Assembly (NCBI GenBank): GCA_030141605.1
Contig: JAQGDQ010000235.1
Coordinates: forward strand, 320,811 to 345,321
Direction of reading: 5' to 3'
DNA length: 24,511 nucleotides
From: Tubiluchus corallicola
Taxonomy: Eukaryota > Animalia > Priapulida
Below, piece after piece: positions 18,852 to 24,511 of this stretch. A program made the translations under genes and the position numbers. Position 1 is the stretch's first letter, and every line of letters begins with the position of its first letter. The notes under the pieces were generated by a model. That model made no database searches and was not told the DNA's origin. It was given only the letters and a program-made list of their open reading frames with translations.

Positions 18852-19242
18852 AATGAACAATAAACAATAAAATAGTGATATTTCTTAAAGAATAAAAATA
18901 AACAATAAAATAGTGATATATCTCTTATTTGTTGCCAAACAAAAGACAGCTATTCTAGTTTATTTAAATGGATTTGCAAAAAGTTTATATTTCAAACTAT
19001 GTAAATGTCACAAAAGCATAATCACGAGTAAACATATTCAAAACGGGCGCAGGCGAGTTAAATGGCGGCTCCATCTAAGGGGGCTATGATGATTTCATTA
19101 ATCTAGGGGTCCCAAAGGGCTATAATCCCGCCCTGCGTGTCACCCTTAGAACATTTGTTCTTATGCTCTTTGGCGTTAAATAAATGTTCGTGTCATAACA
19201 TTAGTCACGTGTAAGAAATTGAAAACCGCGAAATTACATTAA

Positions 19243-19708
19243 CCCTTTCAGTCCCAAATTATTTTTTTAATAAGAGAGAATTTTTTGGCTTGGTACTTTT
19301 GTTCAGTATGTCCATCTTGTTTACACATAATAATTGTTTTCTTTCTACCTGTGCCCGCGTGCTTAATATAGCCTGCATCCCACGGGATACATTGGGATTC
19401 AATGGAAGCATAAAATGTGCTTCATTTTGCAACTGCTGATAATTTTTTAAAGTATTTAAGACATTTAGCATGCATGCTATGCTGATCTGTACAAAGTCGT
19501 CTCTAAAGTACTGTACCTTGCACAGTTTTTTGTGCTATGTAGATTTTCTAGTTTGCCGTTTTATCACTATTTTAGTCTATTGTTATTGGCTTAAATCAAA
19601 ATAACTATTAACAGGTCAAATAACTGTCAGTTTTAAAATTTTATTAACTTTAAAGGCAGAAATATTTAGTATTCTCGTATCCCATGAGACACAACGGGTA
19701 TGAAAGGG
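19243..19708. mobile_element. piggyBac-like MITE (466 bp)
   Basis: TTAA|CCCTTTCAGTCCC ... GGGTATGAAAGGG|TTAA. It has a TTAA TSD (19239-19242 and 19709-19712), CCC/GGG termini and 13-bp TIRs matching at 11/13. Confidence 0.88.
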
Positions 19709-20102
19709 TTAAAATCCTGTAACGTAAGAAATTACGGGTGACCTTCATGACAGTATAACTACTCTCATGCTGTACATTTACTTTATCATCAATAAAGATG
19801 TAAGCGAAACCCAGTAATTTGCCTAAATTCATTATTAAAGTCATTAAAATTGTGAATTATGACTTTTACACGTTGGCATAATCAAATCTTATGTCCCTAA
19901 CTCGTCTCCATTTGCCCATTACTGTCAACATCTATGATCATAAAGCCAAAGATCATAAACCAGCAACACGAGGTGCAAGAGTGAGAGAGAGAGAGATCAA
20001 ATACTCTGTTCTTTGTGGCAAGAGTTTTTTTACCAGTGACAGTTTAAATTGTAATAAAATATGTAAGTATGCACTAAATACAGAAATCCTCGTTTTTCTT
20101 AA

Positions 20103-20617
20103 AGGAAGACAGGATGATTTTTCATACACTACCCGATTTTCAAGTTTGATAAAAAGTTTACATTTTAATACAATTAATACTGCAGAAGCATTTCTGATGG
20201 TTAAATAACATATTAAAATCTTAATTAATGGCGGGCGAGCCCAACTATTGATGACATCACAAACTAACATAATTTTCAACATCAAAAATATTCCATGAGC
20301 GTGTTGCACGTGTTTGTGAAAGCAAAAATTGAAGTACAGTGCTACTGTAAGATATTCAGTGTGTTGTACTAAAACTAGGCAAGTTTTAAGATAAAAATTC
20401 AAATTTCAAATTTACCGCTGTGCTCACGCATGAGCTGCCGAATGTGCGCAACTTGTCAGAAACTATGTCAAGAACTTGTGGCGCGAACGTGAAATTGTGT
20501 TTGTGTGGTAATAATTCTTTCACGTAAGTCATTTTTGTAAAAATAGCATGTTTCCTTTCAATAATTTAAAGAGTAGATTGTTTTTACCTGCAGTTTAAGA
20601 TTGGGTCCGGTTTTGCT
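20103..20617 (+). mobile_element. Kolobok-like non-autonomous DNA transposon, copy 2 (515 bp)
   Basis: TTAA|AGGAAGACAGGAT ... GTCCGGTTTTGCT|TTAA. It has TTAA on both sides, AG...CT termini and imperfect TIRs, and is homologous to 1806-2432. Confidence 0.82.
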
Positions 20618-20634
20618 TTAATTCCTTGGGCGGA

Positions 20635-22628
20635 TCCAACTTTGTTGAGTATTCCTAACTTTGTCAACGTTTCCAACTTTGTTGAGTATTCCCAACTTTG
20701 TCAACGTTTCCAACTCTGTTGAGTATTCCTAACTTTGTCAGCATTTCCAACTTTGTTGAGTATTCCTAACTTTGTCAGCATTTCCAACTTTGTTGAGTAT
20801 TCCTAACTTTGTTGAGTATTCCTAACTTTGTCAGCATTTCCAACTTTGTTGAGTATTCCTAACTTTGTCAGCATTTCCAACTTTGTTGAGTATTCCTAAC
20901 TTTCTCAGCATTTCCAAGTTTGTTGAGTATTCCTAACTTTCTCAGCATTTCCAACTCTGTTGAGTATTCCTAACTTTGTCAGCATTTCCAACTTTGTTGA
21001 GTATTCCTAACTTTGTCAGCATTTCCAACTTTGTTGAGTATTCCTAACTTGTCAGCATATCCAACTTTGTTGAGTATTCCTATCTTGTCAACATTTCCAA
21101 CTTTGTTGAGTATTCCTAACTTTGTCAGCATTTCCAACTTTGTTGAGTATTCCTAACTTTGTCAGCATTTCCAACTTTGTTGAGTATTCCTAACTTGTCA
21201 GCATATCCAACTTTGTTGAGTATTCCCAACTTTGTCAGCATTTCCAAGTTTGTTGAGTATTCCTAACTTTGTCAGCATTTCCAACTTTGTTGAGTATTCC
21301 TAACTTTGTCAGCATTTCCAACTTTGTTGAGTATTCCTATCTTGTCAGCATATCGAACTTTGTTGAGTATTCCTAACTTGTCAGCATTTCCAACTTTGTT
21401 GAGTATTCCTAACTTTGTCAACATTTCCAACTCTGTTGAGTATTCCTAACTTTTTCAACATTTCCAACTCTGTTGAGTATTCCTAACTTTGTCAGCATTT
21501 CCAACTTTGTTGAGTATTCCTATCTTGTCAGCATATCGAACTTTGTCGAGTATTCCTAACTTGTCAGCATTTCCAACTTTGTTGAGTATTCCTAACTTGT
21601 CAGCATTTCCAACTTTGTTGAGTATTCCTAACTTGTCAGCATATCCAACTTTGTTGAGTATTCCTAACTTTGTCAGCATTTCCAACTTTGTTGAGTATTC
21701 CTAACTTGTCAGCATATCCAACTTTGTTGAGTATTCCTAACTTTGTCAGCATTTCCAACTTTGTTGAGTATTCCTAACTTGTCAGCATTTCTAACTTTGT
21801 TGAGTATTCCTAACTTGTCAGCATTTCCAACTTTGTTGAGTATTCCTAACTTGTCAGCATTTCCAACTTTGTTGAGTATTCCTATCTTGTCAGCATATCC
21901 AACTTTGTTGAGTATTCCTATCTTGTCAACATTTCCAACTCTGTTGAGTATTCCCAACTTTGTCAACTATTCCTAACTTTGTCAACCATTCCTAACTTTG
22001 TCAACTATTCCCAACTTTGTCAACTATTCCTAACTTTGTCAACCATTCCTAACTTTGTCAACTATTCCTAACTTTGTCAGCATTTCTAACTTTGTCTGCA
22101 TTCCTAACTTTGTCAGCATTCCTAACTTTGTCAACTATTCCCAACTTTGTCAACTATTCCTAACTTTGTCAACTATTCCTAACTTTGTCAACCATTCCTA
22201 ACTTTGTCAAGCATTTCTAACTTTGTCAGCATTTCTAACTTTGTCAACCATTCCTAACTTTGTCAGCATTTCTAACTTTGTCAACTATTCCTAACTTTGT
22301 CAACTATTCCTAACTTTGTCAAGTATTCCTAACTTTGTCAGCATTTCTAACTTTGTCAACTATTCCTAACTTTGTCAACTATTCCTAACTTTGTCAACTA
22401 TTCCTAACTTTGTCAAGCATTTCTAACTTTGTCAGCATTTCTAACTTTGTCAACTATTCCTAACTTTGTCAACTATTCCTAACTTTGTCAGCATTCCTAA
22501 CTTTGTCAAGCATTTCTAACTTTGTCAGCATTTCTAACTTTGTCAACTATTCCTAACTTTGTCAACTATTCCTAACTTTGACAAGCATTTCTAACTTTGT
22601 CAGCATTTCTAACTTTGTCAACTATTCC
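20635..22628. repeat. 2-kb tandem array: 36/37-bp dimeric domain followed by an 18-20-bp monomeric domain
   Basis: TCCAACTTTGTTGAGTATTCCTAACTTTGTCAGCATT repeats to approx. 21960. It then switches to TTCCTAACTTTGTCAACTA / TTTCTAACTTTGTCAGCA monomers. Confidence 0.98.
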
Positions 22629-23386
22629 CTGCTTTATCTAGCAATATTTATTTAACCATTCTAGTAGGTGATTCACATGAGAAAAGAAGCATTTATAGTG
22701 AACAGCTCACTACTTTTATGTGAAATTAGCGCCAACTATGCTGTCTAGACATTCGATACTCACTGACTGACTGACTGAGGATGTTATCATGAACTTTGAC
22801 CTCCATTTGAGTAACCACGTCACTAGTTACGAACAGATAGGAGGCTTAAGTACGATACCTTAAAGCGATTTTAACCGTTCAAATAGTTTTTACTTCAAAT
22901 GCACTGAAAACGTTTTCTTCATAGCATGTGGAGTCACGTTAGCTTTGAGAAGTATTGTCAATGTTTTCACATTTTGAGGGTTGGGATATACTGATTATAC
23001 TGATGTACTGCCACATTTTAGACCTTTAGTTCTCGAATGAAGCCTACATTTAAATTTGATAGTCTGTGTTTACATACGTAGATGCTTCAGATGCAGTAGG
23101 ACAGCAGGTTGTTACTCTGATTGATGATGTACTGACAGCTTTCTGATTTTATGCCTAATTTGACGATTTGATGATTCATAACTGCTGTGACCTTTTTCTG
23201 CAGATTATGTTTGATGCTTGTAAGATTTAAATGCCAGAGGTGGCTGTTATGTATAAGTTTAGTATGTTTGTTATTTTAAGGTCATATAAATGATGTTTAG
23301 TTTGGTCTGAACATTTGAAAGTTTTGCAACACTAGATTTCGATTTTTTGTAATTTGTAACATGTTTGTAATCTACAACCGAATGAT

Positions 23387-23768
23387 TAATCAGCCTTTTC
23401 ACAGTTTCGTTGTGCGCACGCGCAATTGTTGTACGTCAAAGGTTTAGTGTAGCACGGCATCGCGTCTTAACTACAATAGTCACGTGACATGTGGGTAATG
23501 CAAAGCATCAGTCCAGTAACTGCAGTTGTTTTACGTGGAGTTTACTTAATTATGCATTAGTCTGTGCTTAGAGTGATGACCTAGCAGGATCTTGCTTGGG
23601 AACAAGAAAAAATGAACTGGGTAAAGTTCTAGCTGTTAGAACTGTTACTATTACAATAACATGGGCTGCGAGGCGTTGTCAAGTGTACACAAATATGTTG
23701 TCTCATACGCTTAACCTTTGACCTTTTCACGATCATCATCAATCGCTGGAACTGTGAAAATGTCATTA
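23387..23768 (-). mobile_element. MITE of about 400 bp, copy B (inverted relative to 6376-6772)
   Basis: Begins TAATCAGCCTTTTCACAGTTTC and ends GGAACTGTGAAAATGTCATTA. The interior is the diverged reverse complement of copy A. Confidence 0.85.
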
Positions 23769-24116
23769 TATTATAATAATCTTATAAACGCTTACAAAAA
23801 TGCTTTCTTTTCTTTTCTTAGAATAAATAACGGTTAGCAAGCCAATGCGAAATTTGAAGTTTGATTTTTTATCGTTCCATCAACTACATCCGATACAGAA
23901 GACCTGTGTTTCCTCTTATGTCTTAGGCAGTATAAAATGTCAAATGTATCTTCACTGTTTGCATGTAGCGAGAGAGCTGAGAGAGTTGGGCAATGCAATG
24001 AATAGATTTATTCATAATTTCCCCAGGTGTAGTAGGATCAGTTTGTTTTGATTGCATGGCAAAAACAATGAAAATGTATCAGTTTAAAAGTGTTTCGTGT
24101 AACCAGTATAATTTCC

Positions 24117-24511
24117 CATTAATACTTCATACTGGTAGTAGCAGTGCTGGATTACCCTATAGGCTAGTATAGGATGTAGCCTAGGGTCCCTGAAGCTTGG
24201 AGGCTTTCATTCATACATCATACAGGTAGTAGCAGTGCTGGATTATCCTGTAGGCTAGTATAGGATGCAGCCTAGGGTCCCTGAAGCTTAAGGGCTTTCA
24301 TTCATACATCATACAGGTAGTAGCAGTGCTGGATTATCCTGTAGGCTAGTATAGGATGTAGCCTAGGGTCCCTGAAGCTTGGGGGCTTTCATTCATACGT
24401 CATACAGGTAGTAGCAGTGCTGGATTATCCTATAGGCTAGTATAGGATGCAGCCTAGGGTCCCTGAAGCTTGGGGGCTTTCATTCATGCATCATACAGGT
24501 AGTAGCAGTGC
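24117..24511. repeat. 91-bp tandem repeat (more than 4 copies; runs off the window end)
   Basis: GTAGTAGCAGTGC recurs at 24135, 24226, 24317, 24408 and 24499. Confidence 0.97.

Larger units (their letters stand above)
18403..19135. mobile_element. Putative hAT-like MITE hosting SINE copy 2
   Basis: Left end AAGGGCTGCATTA matches the rc right end CAGGGCGGGATTA at 10/13. Flanks CCTTTTAC and CGTGTCAC match at 5/8. The left end aligns with the 91-bp tandem unit at 24142. Confidence 0.45.

Noticed and set aside
23100-23340. Possible very old LINE ORF2 fragment on the minus strand (CKTFKCSDQTKHHLY ... NLQKKVT)
   Set aside because: Only short motif-like patches in different frames; unsupportable without a translated profile search.

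Overview
This window looks like AT-rich, non-coding eukaryotic DNA, probably from a marine invertebrate (inferred from the 5S-like sequence and the element types). I find no credible protein gene; the long ORFs are artefacts of tandem repeats. The window is a mosaic of repeats. Tandem arrays have units of 76, 66 (about 72 copies, 4.75 kb), 34, 37/19, 91 and 9 bp, alongside several microsatellites. Non-autonomous DNA transposons include Kolobok-like, piggyBac-like, hAT-like, a foldback/Mutator-like element with a 9-bp TSD, and a Helentron-like element. There are also two decayed LINE 3' ends. The most notable item is a 5S rRNA-headed SINE (SINE3 type) present in two convergent copies about 93% identical. 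Each has a full 120-nt 5S head without a Pol III terminator and a GC-rich body, and the complete copy also has a 3' stem-loop and a (CAA)n tail. Superfamily assignments come from terminal motifs and recalled consensus patterns, not database searches.
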